Shown one piece after another: positions 27,751-39,035 of a DNA stretch of 64,000 nucleotides. The notes beneath the pieces were generated by a model. The model did no database searches. It was not told the DNA's origin and saw only the letters and a list, made by a program, of their open reading frames with translations. The translations under genes and the position numbers were made by a program. Source of the stretch: an uncultured bacterium (GTDB lineage: Bacteria > JAGRBM01 > JAHCIT01); assembly GCA_964565925.1 (NCBI GenBank), contig CAZMGV010000006.1, positions 128,997 to 192,996 of the forward strand, read 5' to 3'. Numbering within the stretch: position 1 is the stretch's first letter; each line of letters opens with the position of its first letter.

Positions 27751-30120
27751 GTGAAACGGTCCCTGCTGAATCCGCTTCTTCTCGGCTCCATCATCCTGTG
27801 GCTGTTCGCCCCGGCATGGAGGGAAGGCCGCACGCTCTGGGTGCGGGACAACCTTGTCAATTTCCTGCCCAACCATGCCTACTGGATCGAGCGCGTTCGC
27901 AGTGGCGAACTTCCCCACTGGAATCCGTACGTCGCAGGAGGCATGCCGTTCGCTGCGGATCCGGTGCAGGGTACATTCTATCCGCCGAGGCTGCTCGCCC
28001 TTCTGGTTCAGGATCCGGTCCTTTCATTCAATCTGCTGATCGGGCTGCATCTGTTCATTCTTGGATGGGGATTCGAACGGTTTCTGAGAAAATTCGGAAC
28101 CGGGCGGATTGCCGCGCTTGCGGGCGGATTGACGGTCATGCTGTCAGGGACCTTTCTGAACAGCACGTATCTTGTGGAATTTCTGTACGCGCAGGCGTGG
28201 ACCGGCTGGCTGTTGTGTGCTGCGCTCGATTTCGCCCGGGGCCGTGCCAGTCAGGCGGCTTCGGGTCGGCCGGGATTTTGGATCGCATTTTTTGGCGGAC
28301 TGATGCTGCTGGCCGGCGAACCGCAGACGTTCATCGTGAACTGGGGTGTTCTGCTTCTGTTCTGGCTGTTCGTGCCGATCGGTGCCGAAACGGTTTTCAC
28401 TCGCCGTGCCGGCCGGGCGATTCTGGGCTGTACGCTTTTCGGAGCCCTCGCCATCGGAATTGGAATCGTACAATGGTTCCCGGCGCGTTATCTGATTGAG
28501 GAAACGGCCCGGGGAGCACTCGGTTTCGGATTGAAGGATGCAGAAGGCTGCGGATTTCATCCGGCGCGCTGGTTTGAACTGATCGTACCGGGTTTTTTTG
28601 GCGACGATGCCGGAGATCTCACGCTTTGGAGCCCCAAGATTGCCTGCATAGGCCATTCGACACTTTATATTTCAACGATCTACGTGGGTCTGTTGGCTGT
28701 ATTGCTGGCAATATTCGGCATCGTGGAAGGCCGCCCGCGGCGAATTATCCTGTGGACGGGAGTGTTAACGATTCTGGCGGGCCTTCTGGCCACAGGCCCG
28801 CAGAGTCCACTGGATATCTACAGTGTGCTTTATCGCGTGCTCCCCGGGTGGAACCGTTTCCGTAACACGGAACGGCTGCTTCCATGGATGACGATGGGAC
28901 TCGGGCTGCTCGCCGGGTTTGGCCTTGACCGGTTGCGGACGAAAACGAACCAAATCCATTTGTTCATATTATCGGCAGCGTGTCTGGCGTGCTGGACTGT
29001 TTTCGCCATTATTGACTGGCCCGGTATTTCGAAGGCGTTCGATCCGCATTCGTATTTGTATCTGAAAGACGTCGTATCCAGATCGGTTCAGGCGGGATCG
29101 GTATCTGCGATTATGGCAGCCGGCCTTTTCGGTGCGGCTTTTGTGTTCCGGTCCCGGAAAATCCTTTTTCTGGTACCGCTGCTGATTGCGGTTGACCTGA
29201 TAGGTTACGCGCCGGAACTGCTCGAATTCTGGCCCGAACCCGGATTTCCCCGGACGGAGTCGAATGTAATGACGGCGATACGCCAGGCGGCCGGCAAGGA
29301 CGGGTTTCCTTATCCACCCCGGTTCACGGGACCGTCGATCACCCTGGTGCCATTGACACGAACGTCGATAGTGAACCTCCGGGAGGCAACCCGGATTCGA
29401 TGGCTGCTTGCCGATCCGGATTTCAATATTTTCTATCACCTCGCTTCGTCCGAGACGATGAACTCCTTTGTGACCCGCCGGGCAGCGGATGCCCGGCAGT
29501 ACCTCCAGCCGGACCGATTCGAGAGCCTATGGGGTAATTCGGTCCTGCTGCTTCCCAAAGGCACGGCGGTTCCGGATCCGGCATATGAGTTACGGGAAGA
29601 TTTCGGACTTGTCGGACTTGCCTGGAATCGCGGGAACCGTTCCCGCGTCGTTTGCCCCGGAAAATGGACCAGACTTCCGGACGACGGTTCTGTCCTGCGG
29701 TACTGGAAAGAACGGGGGCTCACGGTCGATTTTGCTGACGAAACGACCGGTCCTTTTCCCGCATCGGGAAAAGCTGAACCGGCTTCACGCTGCATCGTGA
29801 CATCCTGGGCGCCCGAGAAATACGAAATAGAGGTCGATTTGTCGGCCGATTCGCCGGTCGTATTGCGGGAATCTTTCGCAAAGGGCTGGACCGCCTCTCT
29901 TGCGGATGAAAATAACCGGACGCTCGCGGTCTACCCGGCGAATCACGTTCAGCAGGCGGTATTTCCCGGCCCGGGCAAGCACAGGATCCGGTTCGAATAC
30001 CGTACCCCGGGCCTTGGCATTGGGATCGCTGGTACAGCTATTTCCCTGTTGCTGGCAATCTGGACAGGGAGGCGGTTCGGTTACGAATCCGGGCCCCTTG
30101 ATCCGGCGCGAAGCCACTGA
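27751..30120 (+). CDS. Large polytopic membrane protein, YfhO-like / putative glycosyltransferase
   Basis: 789 aa with many TM segments in the N-terminal two-thirds and a soluble C-terminal domain. GTG start. Confidence 0.5.
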   Translation: MKRSLLNPLLLGSIILWLFAPAWREGRTLWVRDNLVNFLPNHAYWIERVRSGELPHWNPYVAGGMPFAADPVQGTFYPPRLLALLVQDPVLSFNLLIGLHLFILGWGFERFLRKFGTGRIAALAGGLTVMLSGTFLNSTYLVEFLYAQAWTGWLLCAALDFARGRASQAASGRPGFWIAFFGGLMLLAGEPQTFIVNWGVLLLFWLFVPIGAETVFTRRAGRAILGCTLFGALAIGIGIVQWFPARYLIEETARGALGFGLKDAEGCGFHPARWFELIVPGFFGDDAGDLTLWSPKIACIGHSTLYISTIYVGLLAVLLAIFGIVEGRPRRIILWTGVLTILAGLLATGPQSPLDIYSVLYRVLPGWNRFRNTERLLPWMTMGLGLLAGFGLDRLRTKTNQIHLFILSAACLACWTVFAIIDWPGISKAFDPHSYLYLKDVVSRSVQAGSVSAIMAAGLFGAAFVFRSRKILFLVPLLIAVDLIGYAPELLEFWPEPGFPRTESNVMTAIRQAAGKDGFPYPPRFTGPSITLVPLTRTSIVNLREATRIRWLLADPDFNIFYHLASSETMNSFVTRRAADARQYLQPDRFESLWGNSVLLLPKGTAVPDPAYELREDFGLVGLAWNRGNRSRVVCPGKWTRLPDDGSVLRYWKERGLTVDFADETTGPFPASGKAEPASRCIVTSWAPEKYEIEVDLSADSPVVLRESFAKGWTASLADENNRTLAVYPANHVQQAVFPGPGKHRIRFEYRTPGLGIGIAGTAISLLLAIWTGRRFGYESGPLDPARSH

Positions 30121-30134
30121 AGGAGTTTTCACCC

Positions 30135-31022
30135 ATGTCCCACAAGAGCCGTATTTTCCGCGACGACCTGCTCGAAGGCAAAAAAGCCATTGTCACGGGC
30201 GGCGGCACCGGCATCGGCGAGGCGATCACCGCCGAGCTCGCGGCGCTGGGCTGCGAGGTATTTATCTGCTCGCGCAAACAGGAAAACGTGGAGCCGGTCT
30301 CGAAGAAGATCACCGAAGCCGTCGGCAAGAAGCCGGTGCACTGGGGTCTGTGCGATATTCGCAAGCATGAGGAAGTGGACCGCGCGATCGACGAAGCGGT
30401 CCAGAAAATGGGCCGGATCGATTTTCTGGTGAACAACGCGGGCGGGCAGTTTCCCTCGCCGGCGGCCGCTTTTACCGATAACGGCTGGAACGCCGTCATC
30501 AACAACAATCTCACGGGACCGTTCTACTTTTCCCAGTCCACGGCGAAGAAGGCGTTCTTCAAGCAGAACCACGGCAAGATCATATTCATTACCGCCGACT
30601 GCCACCGTGGCATGCCGGGGCTCGCCCACACGAGCGCGGCCCGGGCGGCGGTTCAGAACCTCGCCATGACGCTCGCCATCGAATGGGCCTCGTTTAATGT
30701 GAAGGTGAACTGCGTGGCGCCGGGAACGATCTTCTCCACCGGCATGCGGGTTTACCCGAAGGAAGTGGTGTTCAATACCGCCCGGCATATTCCGCTCAAG
30801 CGGCTCGGTACGGTGGAGGAGATCGCCAACGCGGTCGCCTACCTGCTTTCACCGGCGGGCGACTGGATCACGGCCGAAACGATGAAAGTGGACGGAGGCG
30901 CCAGTATATGGGGCGACCGCTGGCCGATTCCGGATCCGAAGGATTTCGACAAGACCCACGGCTGGCCGGGCCCGGTCCCGTTCGGCGGCTACACCGGACA
31001 CGACGACGACAAGAAAAAATAA
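30135..31022 (+). CDS. SDR family oxidoreductase (2,4-dienoyl-CoA reductase-like)
   Basis: TGGGTGIG cofactor motif and YxxxK region. 295 aa. Confidence 0.85.
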   Translation: MSHKSRIFRDDLLEGKKAIVTGGGTGIGEAITAELAALGCEVFICSRKQENVEPVSKKITEAVGKKPVHWGLCDIRKHEEVDRAIDEAVQKMGRIDFLVNNAGGQFPSPAAAFTDNGWNAVINNNLTGPFYFSQSTAKKAFFKQNHGKIIFITADCHRGMPGLAHTSAARAAVQNLAMTLAIEWASFNVKVNCVAPGTIFSTGMRVYPKEVVFNTARHIPLKRLGTVEEIANAVAYLLSPAGDWITAETMKVDGGASIWGDRWPIPDPKDFDKTHGWPGPVPFGGYTGHDDDKKK

Positions 31023-31023
31023 G

Positions 31024-31764
31024 TTATCCGCCGTCCGGCGGTGGCGGAGCGGAACACTGCCTCATTTCGGGCAGGGGTTCTTCTTTCAGTTTGTCGGCGT
31101 ACGGTTTCGGAATAATCCCGTTATCGCGGTAAATATCGATCAGCTTGTCCCGCCGTCTTTTGATCGGCCCTGTCCGGTCTTCCACCGATGGGCCGTAATA
31201 GGCGGCCGCCGCGAGCGTCAGCAGATCGTTCAGGTCGAGCTCGCCGGATGATTTGTTCAGGAGCTTGATGGCCCCATCGACATAACCCCGCCCGTCACAG
31301 GGGAACCGCGATTTCTCATATATGCAGGAGGTTAGCGCTTCCGGCGTGACGTGCCTCGACAGCCAGACCATATCTGTCAATCCCGCCAGTCTGTACTCCT
31401 TTCGCGTTCTCTGGGTTTTCTGTTCTGCCAAACGCAGTCGCGAACAAACGATGGCGACCCCTTCGCCTTTTCGGTAAGGTTCCCCGGCCGCAAGTTTTTC
31501 CCGGTTGACCAGCAGGTAATTAACCAGCAGGTCCCACGGCCGGATGGGTTCCAGAACGTAGGGCGGTTTTTCGCCGGCGTTCGCCCAGATGGCGTCGGTG
31601 AACTTCGGATCCACCTTTCCGGTGGCCTGGAGGGGAGGCAGATCGTGATAGTTCCGGAGGCCGTACCGGTACAGCCCTTCGACGAGGACCACCGGAACCG
31701 TCAGCAGCACGACGATTACGATCCCGGTAACGAGGGTGGTTTTTCTGGCGAACGGGCGTGACAC
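31024..31764 (-). CDS. Membrane-anchored hypothetical protein
   Basis: 246-aa ORF with N-terminal TM helix (LVTGIVIVVLLTVPVVLV). Confidence 0.45.
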   Translation of the reverse strand: MSRPFARKTTLVTGIVIVVLLTVPVVLVEGLYRYGLRNYHDLPPLQATGKVDPKFTDAIWANAGEKPPYVLEPIRPWDLLVNYLLVNREKLAAGEPYRKGEGVAIVCSRLRLAEQKTQRTRKEYRLAGLTDMVWLSRHVTPEALTSCIYEKSRFPCDGRGYVDGAIKLLNKSSGELDLNDLLTLAAAAYYGPSVEDRTGPIKRRRDKLIDIYRDNGIIPKPYADKLKEEPLPEMRQCSAPPPPDGG

Positions 31765-31809
31765 AGGAGCCTATTATTACCTATTGTCAGGCCTCGACGA
31801 GAATAAAAT

Positions 31810-32501
31810 ATGCTGACCCGCGCTCCAGTCATCCTGTTCGAGAACGACGACGTCATACTTGCCGACAAGCCGGCCGGAGTTCTCACGACCGGTGAAAAGG
31901 ACGACAAAAACACATTCGAGGCAAAGCTCCAGGCCGAATCCGGTAAAAATATGAAGGCGCTTCACCGGCTGGACCGCGATACAAGCGGCGTCGTGGCTTT
32001 CGCCAGGAACGAACCGGCGCGCAAACTGCTTGAGCCGCTCTTCAGAAAGCACGAAACCGAGCGGGTGTATCTGGCGCTGCTGCTGGGAACCTTTCCGTCA
32101 GACAAAGGCACTCTCAAGAACTACCTCCGGACGAACCCCAAAACCTTCACCGAAGAGGTTGTTTACAACCCCAAGTTCGGTATCGAAGCACGGCTTTCCT
32201 ATAAGGTCCTGCAGAGCGGAAAGGGCGTCAGTCTCGTGGAGATCCGGCCCGAAACCGGACGGACCAACCAGATCCGTGTCCAGTTCGCCCACGATACACA
32301 CCCGGTGCTGGGTGACCGCAAATACAGCAAGGGGAAGATCTTTCCGGTCCCCGCCCGGCGGACCCTGCTCCACGCCCGGTCGCTGGCGTTCACGCCGCCC
32401 GACTCCATCGGTGGCGGAAAGCGCATACAGGCAAAGAGTCCGCTCCCGGACGATTTCCGGGAGGCCATCGCCGAAGCGGCACTGTCGATGAAGGGCCTTG
32501 G

Positions 32502-32505
<4 letters not shown>
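31810..32505 (+). CDS. RluA-family pseudouridine synthase
   Basis: HRLDRDTSGVVAFA catalytic-Asp motif and ...GRTNQIRVQFA. Confidence 0.9.
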
Positions 32506-33482
<977 letters not shown>

Positions 33483-33494
33483 GGCGGGTTCGGA

Positions 33495-34229
33495 CTAGAG
33501 GTTCCGGAACTCCTCGATGAACTCTTCCTTGGTGATAATACCCTTGCGCGAAAGAATGCGGATCAGCGCCAGCATCTCCTTGGACGGCTTGGGACGTGCG
33601 GCTTCGGAAGTAACCGGAATGGGCTCCATGGGGATGGGCGACGCCTTGCGGCTCGCATCCGGAAAGGGCTGGCTGCGCTCGATCATGTCCGCCTGGAGCT
33701 TGTATCCGGCCGCATCGTCTGTGCCGCCCTTGAAATTGGACTGGGTTCCCGCGCCGACGCCGTAACTTTTCTCGAAGTTGTCGTGTCCCTCGTAGTGCTT
33801 CGACAGCATCGCCTGAATCTGCGAGTCGACCGCGACCACCGGCTTGATCTGGCAGCCGGTCGCAAAACCGATTTCATCCAGTGCCGGAAGATTCGTGGGA
33901 TCGCTCATGGCGAGGTAGAGCACCTTGCGGGTGCCTTCCTTCTTGAACATGACGGGAATGACGCTGTATTTGCGGGCGCGCTCGGCGTCGAGCATGGCGA
34001 CGAGGTCGGGCGTGATGTTCTGCTTTGCGAGATTGACGCTCGGAATTTTCAGATGGCTGGATAGCGCCTTCGCCATCACGTCCTCGGAAACGAAACCCAG
34101 CGCAATCAGCACGTTACCCAGGCGGTCTCCCCAGCGCTTCTGCTCCGAGAGCCCGGTGCGAAGCTGCATTTCATCGAGGACACCGGCCTCGATAAGAATT
34201 TCGCCGAGTCTTTTCCGCGGCCCTGCCAT
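33495..34229 (-). CDS. MshEN / T2SSE_N domain protein, putative c-di-GMP receptor, embedded in peptide ABC operon
   Basis: [24 protein letters not shown] and [25 protein letters not shown] are near-perfect MshEN 24-residue motifs. No ATPase domain. Confidence 0.75.
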   Translation of the reverse strand: MAGPRKRLGEILIEAGVLDEMQLRTGLSEQKRWGDRLGNVLIALGFVSEDVMAKALSSHLKIPSVNLAKQNITPDLVAMLDAERARKYSVIPVMFKKEGTRKVLYLAMSDPTNLPALDEIGFATGCQIKPVVAVDSQIQAMLSKHYEGHDNFEKSYGVGAGTQSNFKGGTDDAAGYKLQADMIERSQPFPDASRKASPIPMEPIPVTSEAARPKPSKEMLALIRILSRKGIITKEEFIEEFRNL

Positions 34230-34373
34230 GGGGTCTCCTTCAGGACGTTCGCTTTACATCATATACCCGAAGGCCGGGCCAGTTCCAGACGGGAATGGAA
34301 TTGGCCGGGGTATCCGGGCCGGCACCCGGGACGCCGTGAACCGGACTTAATGCCCGTTTATTGCGTATGGCCG

Positions 34374-35375
34374 TTACGTCCGGGCGGCACGGCTTCTGGC
34401 GCTGCGGGGGTCGGCCCGCTCCCGCAGCCGGTCGCCCAAGACGTTATAGGCGGTGATCGACAGGAACAGGACAATGCCGGGGAACACGATCAGCCACCAG
34501 GCGCTCCTTACATAGGGTTTCGACTGGCCCAGTATCTGTCCCCAGCTGGAGGTCGGCGGCTGGACCCCGAATCCGAGAAAACTGAGCGAACTCTCGGTCA
34601 GCATGGCGCCCGCCACGTCGAAGACCGCCGAGACGATCACCGGGGCCATGGCGTGCGGCAGCACATGCTGGAACAGGATTTTCAGGGAACCGGTTCCGGT
34701 CACCCGGGCCGACAGCACGAACTCCTCGTTCTTCAGTTTCAGGACCTCGCCGCGTACCAGCCGGGCGATCCCGGTCCAGCCGGTGATGCCGATGACGATC
34801 ATGATGTTCCAGATGCTGGGCGGCCAGAACGCCATCACGGTCAGGATCAGGAAAAACGTCGGGAAACAGATCACGACCTCGATCACCCGCGAGATCAGGA
34901 TATCCGTCCACCCGCCGAGCCAGCCGGCCAGCGCGCCGATAATCAGTCCGATCGCCAGCGTGATCCCCATGGACACGAATCCGACGGCAAGCGACACCCG
35001 TCCGCCGTGAATGATCCGGGCCAGCACGTCCCGGCCGTTCTGGTCCGTTCCGAAAGGATGATCCCCGGACGGCCCCGACAACCGGTGATCGAGATCGTTG
35101 GTGTCGGGTGACTGGTCATGGATGGGCCATACCGCCCAGTCGCTTTCGGTCATGGCGGCGATGAGTTCATCGCGTGTCAGGGTACGCGTACGGGCGTCTT
35201 CGTGGAGGGCCGGAAACAGGACTTCGCCGTTCAGGGTCATGACGATGGGCCGGTCGCTGGCGATCACCGGCGCCAGCAGGGCGAGCGCCACGACCAGAAC
35301 GATAAACAGGGTCGAAATCGCGATCAGCGAACCGGAAAACAGTTCTTTCCCGATCTTGCGAAGGGCCGTCATCAT
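34374..35375 (-). CDS. Peptide ABC transporter permease (OppC/DppC-like)
   Basis: ABC transmembrane type-1 domain with EAA-like loop. N-terminal extension typical of OppC. Confidence 0.9.
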   Translation of the reverse strand: MMTALRKIGKELFSGSLIAISTLFIVLVVALALLAPVIASDRPIVMTLNGEVLFPALHEDARTRTLTRDELIAAMTESDWAVWPIHDQSPDTNDLDHRLSGPSGDHPFGTDQNGRDVLARIIHGGRVSLAVGFVSMGITLAIGLIIGALAGWLGGWTDILISRVIEVVICFPTFFLILTVMAFWPPSIWNIMIVIGITGWTGIARLVRGEVLKLKNEEFVLSARVTGTGSLKILFQHVLPHAMAPVIVSAVFDVAGAMLTESSLSFLGFGVQPPTSSWGQILGQSKPYVRSAWWLIVFPGIVLFLSITAYNVLGDRLRERADPRSARSRAART

Positions 35376-36379
35376 TCGGTCCCCCCGTCATAGCGGATCC
35401 GCGGATCCACAACCGAATAGAGAAGATCGGACACCAGCATTCCGACCAGCGTCAGGAAGGCGGAGATGGTCGTGATCGCCATGATGAGCGGATAGTCGTA
35501 GTTGAGAATCGCATCGAACCCGAGCCGGCCGATGCCTGGAATGCTGAAAATGCTTTCGATAATGACCGAACCGCCGAACAGCCCCGGCAGCAGATAGCCG
35601 AGCAGCGTGACCACCGGAATGAGTCCGGTGCGAAACGCATGGCGGAGCAGCACCACCGGCTCCGAGAGCCCCTTGGCGCGGGCCGTACGCACATGATCCA
35701 TGTGGAGATTTTCGAGCATTGTCGACCGGACGAAACGCGACATGAAGGCGAGCGATCCGTAGACATAGCAGATGACCGGAAGCACCAGATGGTGTGCGTA
35801 GTCGAGAAGCTGCTTCCACCAGGGCCAGGTCTCCCAGCCGATGCTGTGGATGCCCGCCACCGGGAACCAGTCGAACCAGATTCCGCCGGCAAAGAACAGC
35901 ACCAGCATCATCGCAGCCCAGAACGACGGGATCGAATAGAGGAGAAAGAGGAAGGTTGAGACGGCCGCGTCCAGTTTCTTGCCGACGATCGTGGCCGAAT
36001 ACACCCCCCAGGGTATCGAGATCAGGTAAATGAAAAAGAGCGACACGACGTTGAGCACGATCGTCACCGGCAGGGTCTCGAAAATCGTGTCCATCACCGG
36101 ACGCCGGTAGAGGCGGCTCGTGCCGAAGTCGAACGTGAGCGTGCGTTTCATCCAGGTGAGGTACTGGACGTGCAGCGGCTTGTCGTCGCCGTAGAGGGCG
36201 CGGACCTCTTTGAGAATCTGCGCTCGGACGGCCGGATCGGCTTGGCCCTGAAGGGCAGCAGAGGCCCGCAGCGTCGCCGTGTCGCCGGGCGCCGCCTTCA
36301 TGATCAGGAACGTGACCAGCGTGATCCCGAACAGGGTCGGGATCATGAGCAGCAGACGCCGGAAGAGATAGGTGTACAT
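35372..36379 (-). CDS. Peptide ABC transporter permease (OppB/DppB-like)
   Basis: MYTYLFRRLLLMIPTLFGITLVTFLIMKAAPGD is the canonical OppB N-terminus. Confidence 0.9.
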   Translation of the reverse strand: MYTYLFRRLLLMIPTLFGITLVTFLIMKAAPGDTATLRASAALQGQADPAVRAQILKEVRALYGDDKPLHVQYLTWMKRTLTFDFGTSRLYRRPVMDTIFETLPVTIVLNVVSLFFIYLISIPWGVYSATIVGKKLDAAVSTFLFLLYSIPSFWAAMMLVLFFAGGIWFDWFPVAGIHSIGWETWPWWKQLLDYAHHLVLPVICYVYGSLAFMSRFVRSTMLENLHMDHVRTARAKGLSEPVVLLRHAFRTGLIPVVTLLGYLLPGLFGGSVIIESIFSIPGIGRLGFDAILNYDYPLIMAITTISAFLTLVGMLVSDLLYSVVDPRIRYDGGTE

Positions 36380-36383
36380 CAGC

Positions 36384-38114
36384 TCAGGGAGCTACCGCCG
36401 TGTATTTCTGCAGGTTCTTCGGAACGAACCACTCGCGAAAATCGACACAAGGCCTCGGACCGTAGAACCGGATATTCCGGTAGCGGTTGCTGGTGGCGAT
36501 GGTCGCCTTCCGGCTGAACATGAACAGGTAGGGCGCCTCGTCGTAGATGATTTTCTGCATCTCTTTCACGAGCGGTATCCGTTTCTGCATGTCCAGCTCG
36601 CGGCGGTTCTGCTCGATCAGTTCATCCACGCGAACATTCTTGAACCCGACGTAGTTGGAACTGGATTCGATATCCGCCTGCGACGAGTGCCAGAGCTGGT
36701 AGTAGTCGGGATCTACCGAGAGCGCCCAGCCGAGCATGGCGGCTTCGAAATCCCGCTTGTCCAGTTTCTTGAGCAGGTTGGCCCAGTCGAGAACGGCGAC
36801 CTTCATGGTGATGCCGGCGCGCTTGAGCGAATCCTGGAAGTTCGTGGCCGTCTGTTCGGTTTCGGGACTTCCCTGCGCGATATTCAGGGTGAACTCGAAC
36901 GGCTTGCCGCCCCGGTCCAGGATTCCGTCGCCGTTCGTATCGGCCCAGCCCGCTTCCTTCAGCAGCTGGGCGGCCTTCTGCGGATCGTATTTCCGTTCCG
37001 GCAGGTCGCCGTTCCAGTAGGGGGATTTGTCGAACTCGGTGCTGTTGATGGGACGTGAAAGCCCCCGGTAGATCTTGTCGGCGATCAGATTCCGGTCGAT
37101 CAGATGATTGAGCGCGATCCGGGTCTTGGCGTCGGCGAACATCGGATTGCGGGCGTTCCAGCCGATGTAGGAGTACGACGGATAGTCGTACTCAAGCCGG
37201 TTATTCTTCGCACGGAACTCCGGCGTCGAGGCATCCCGGAACCACTTTTCCGGCGGAACGTTGACCGAATCGAGATCCCCTTTGGCGAAGCTGATGAATT
37301 CGGCCTCGGGATCCGAGATGAACCGGAACACGAACCGGTCCAGATGCAGCTTTTCGGCGGCCGGACCCCAGTAGTCCCTGAACCGTTCGAGTGTGAGGGT
37401 CTCTCCGCGTTTCCACTCCACAAACCTGAGCGGGCCTGTGCCGACGGGGGTTTCGTTCGCCGGCTGGGTGTTCCAGTCCTTGCCCTTCACCTTGCCATAG
37501 ATGTGCTTGGGCATGATCGACACCGTTCCGCACACCTCCAGCGCCAGAAAATAGACTTCCTTGAACTTGCACTCGAACGTGTCGGGGCCGGTCTGTTTTA
37601 CGTGCTCGACCTTGGAAAAATAGGAACGGCTTTCGGCGGCATCGACATCGGGGTCGAGCAGCTTTTCGTACGAAAAAACGACGTCCTCTATCGTCATCGG
37701 CACGCCGTCATGGAACTTCACCCCCTGACGGATCTTGAAGGTGTAAGTCATCCCGTCAGGACTCACGGTCCAGCTTTCGGCGAGCATCGGCTTGTAGGCG
37801 AGCGTTTTCAGGTCGCGGTCGATCAGCGATTCGAACATGAAGCCGAGCACTTCACCCGATGACGTGTCCTTGGCGATGATCGGGTTCAGGGTCGGCGGGC
37901 TCGAATGCAGGTTCCTTACCAGCCAGTCGCCGTCCACCGGCTCGCCTTCGGCGGGGACCTCGGTCATCCCCCGGTAGTCATCGGGGGAGACTCCCGATTT
38001 GGCGGCGGCCGCCGGTTTCCCGTCGGGTTTCTGGCCCCGGGTGGTTTTGCAGGCGGAGACAGCCGCCAGCATGACGGACAACAGACAGACCGATAGAAGC
38101 CGGTGGGTTTTCAC
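36384..38114 (-). CDS. Peptide ABC transporter substrate-binding lipoprotein (family 5)
   Basis: Lipoprotein signal (LAAVSAC) and SBP_bac_5 similarity throughout (576 aa). Confidence 0.9.
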   Translation of the reverse strand: MKTHRLLSVCLLSVMLAAVSACKTTRGQKPDGKPAAAAKSGVSPDDYRGMTEVPAEGEPVDGDWLVRNLHSSPPTLNPIIAKDTSSGEVLGFMFESLIDRDLKTLAYKPMLAESWTVSPDGMTYTFKIRQGVKFHDGVPMTIEDVVFSYEKLLDPDVDAAESRSYFSKVEHVKQTGPDTFECKFKEVYFLALEVCGTVSIMPKHIYGKVKGKDWNTQPANETPVGTGPLRFVEWKRGETLTLERFRDYWGPAAEKLHLDRFVFRFISDPEAEFISFAKGDLDSVNVPPEKWFRDASTPEFRAKNNRLEYDYPSYSYIGWNARNPMFADAKTRIALNHLIDRNLIADKIYRGLSRPINSTEFDKSPYWNGDLPERKYDPQKAAQLLKEAGWADTNGDGILDRGGKPFEFTLNIAQGSPETEQTATNFQDSLKRAGITMKVAVLDWANLLKKLDKRDFEAAMLGWALSVDPDYYQLWHSSQADIESSSNYVGFKNVRVDELIEQNRRELDMQKRIPLVKEMQKIIYDEAPYLFMFSRKATIATSNRYRNIRFYGPRPCVDFREWFVPKNLQKYTAVAP

Positions 38115-38165
38115 GGGATCGGGATCCTTTCGGACAGGGGTCGGTTCAACTCGGATCAGTGGAGA

Positions 38166-39035
38166 TTATTTCGACAGGGCCGGGGTGCCAAGCGGCTCCA
38201 CGCCCACTCCGCGCGGCGGGTCCAGCGTAAAGAGTTTTTCTTCGGAGGGCGGCGGGTTCAGTTCCGCTTCCGAATAGGTCAGCTCCAGCATCATCGCCCG
38301 GGCCGGTATGAACAGCTTCACGACTTTCGGCACCTTGAGACCGTCCTTCCCGGACCAGTCACCCCATTCGACGGCCAGCGTTTCGCCGTCGGGCGAGCTG
38401 CGGCTCCAGCGCACCGGCACGTGGGTTTCGGAATCAAACCAGTAACTGTCGGTGAGTACAACGATCGCCGGTTCGCCGGCGGAAACTGCCGGTGCAGGGG
38501 GCGATTTGGTATCGAATCGCCAGGCCCGCTCTTGCGGGTCTTCGGCCGGTGCCGTCACCCGTTCGTCCGTCACCGCTTCGGGGAAACCCCACGGATGTCC
38601 GAGCAGCGCCGCGACGACTTCGTCGCCTTTCAGCGGAAGCGGAAACCGGTCCAGCGTGATTCCGTTATCGACCGGTCCGCGGAAAAACCGCTTGTTCGCC
38701 ACATCGTGAAGCGAGAGGTCTCTGCAGTTGCTGGCGATATAGGCCTGCGGGCGGTCGAACAGTCCCAGCACCGTCAGGCGGAACGAGCAGGGACTTTTGA
38801 TCAGCAGCTCTTCGGAAAAAATCGTCTCGTGTTCGGGCTCCGTGTATTTGGCCTTCGCCATCGCCGAAAATCCCTGGACGCTTCTCCAGCGCAACGCGGT
38901 CGAATCGGCCAGCTGGGCAGATGGCGGTAGCGGCACCCAGACAGTCGCCTTCTCGGGGGCGGGCGCCGTGAACCAGGCGCAGGCGGAAATCTGGACGCAC
39001 AGCAGTGCGGCCACGAACAGCCGGACGTGTTTCAT
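38166..39035 (-). CDS. Putative lipoprotein (LolB-like/DUF4292-like hypothetical)
   Basis: Signal peptide with lipobox (LCVQISACAW). 289 aa. Confidence 0.5.
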   Translation of the reverse strand: MKHVRLFVAALLCVQISACAWFTAPAPEKATVWVPLPPSAQLADSTALRWRSVQGFSAMAKAKYTEPEHETIFSEELLIKSPCSFRLTVLGLFDRPQAYIASNCRDLSLHDVANKRFFRGPVDNGITLDRFPLPLKGDEVVAALLGHPWGFPEAVTDERVTAPAEDPQERAWRFDTKSPPAPAVSAGEPAIVVLTDSYWFDSETHVPVRWSRSSPDGETLAVEWGDWSGKDGLKVPKVVKLFIPARAMMLELTYSEAELNPPPSEEKLFTLDPPRGVGVEPLGTPALSK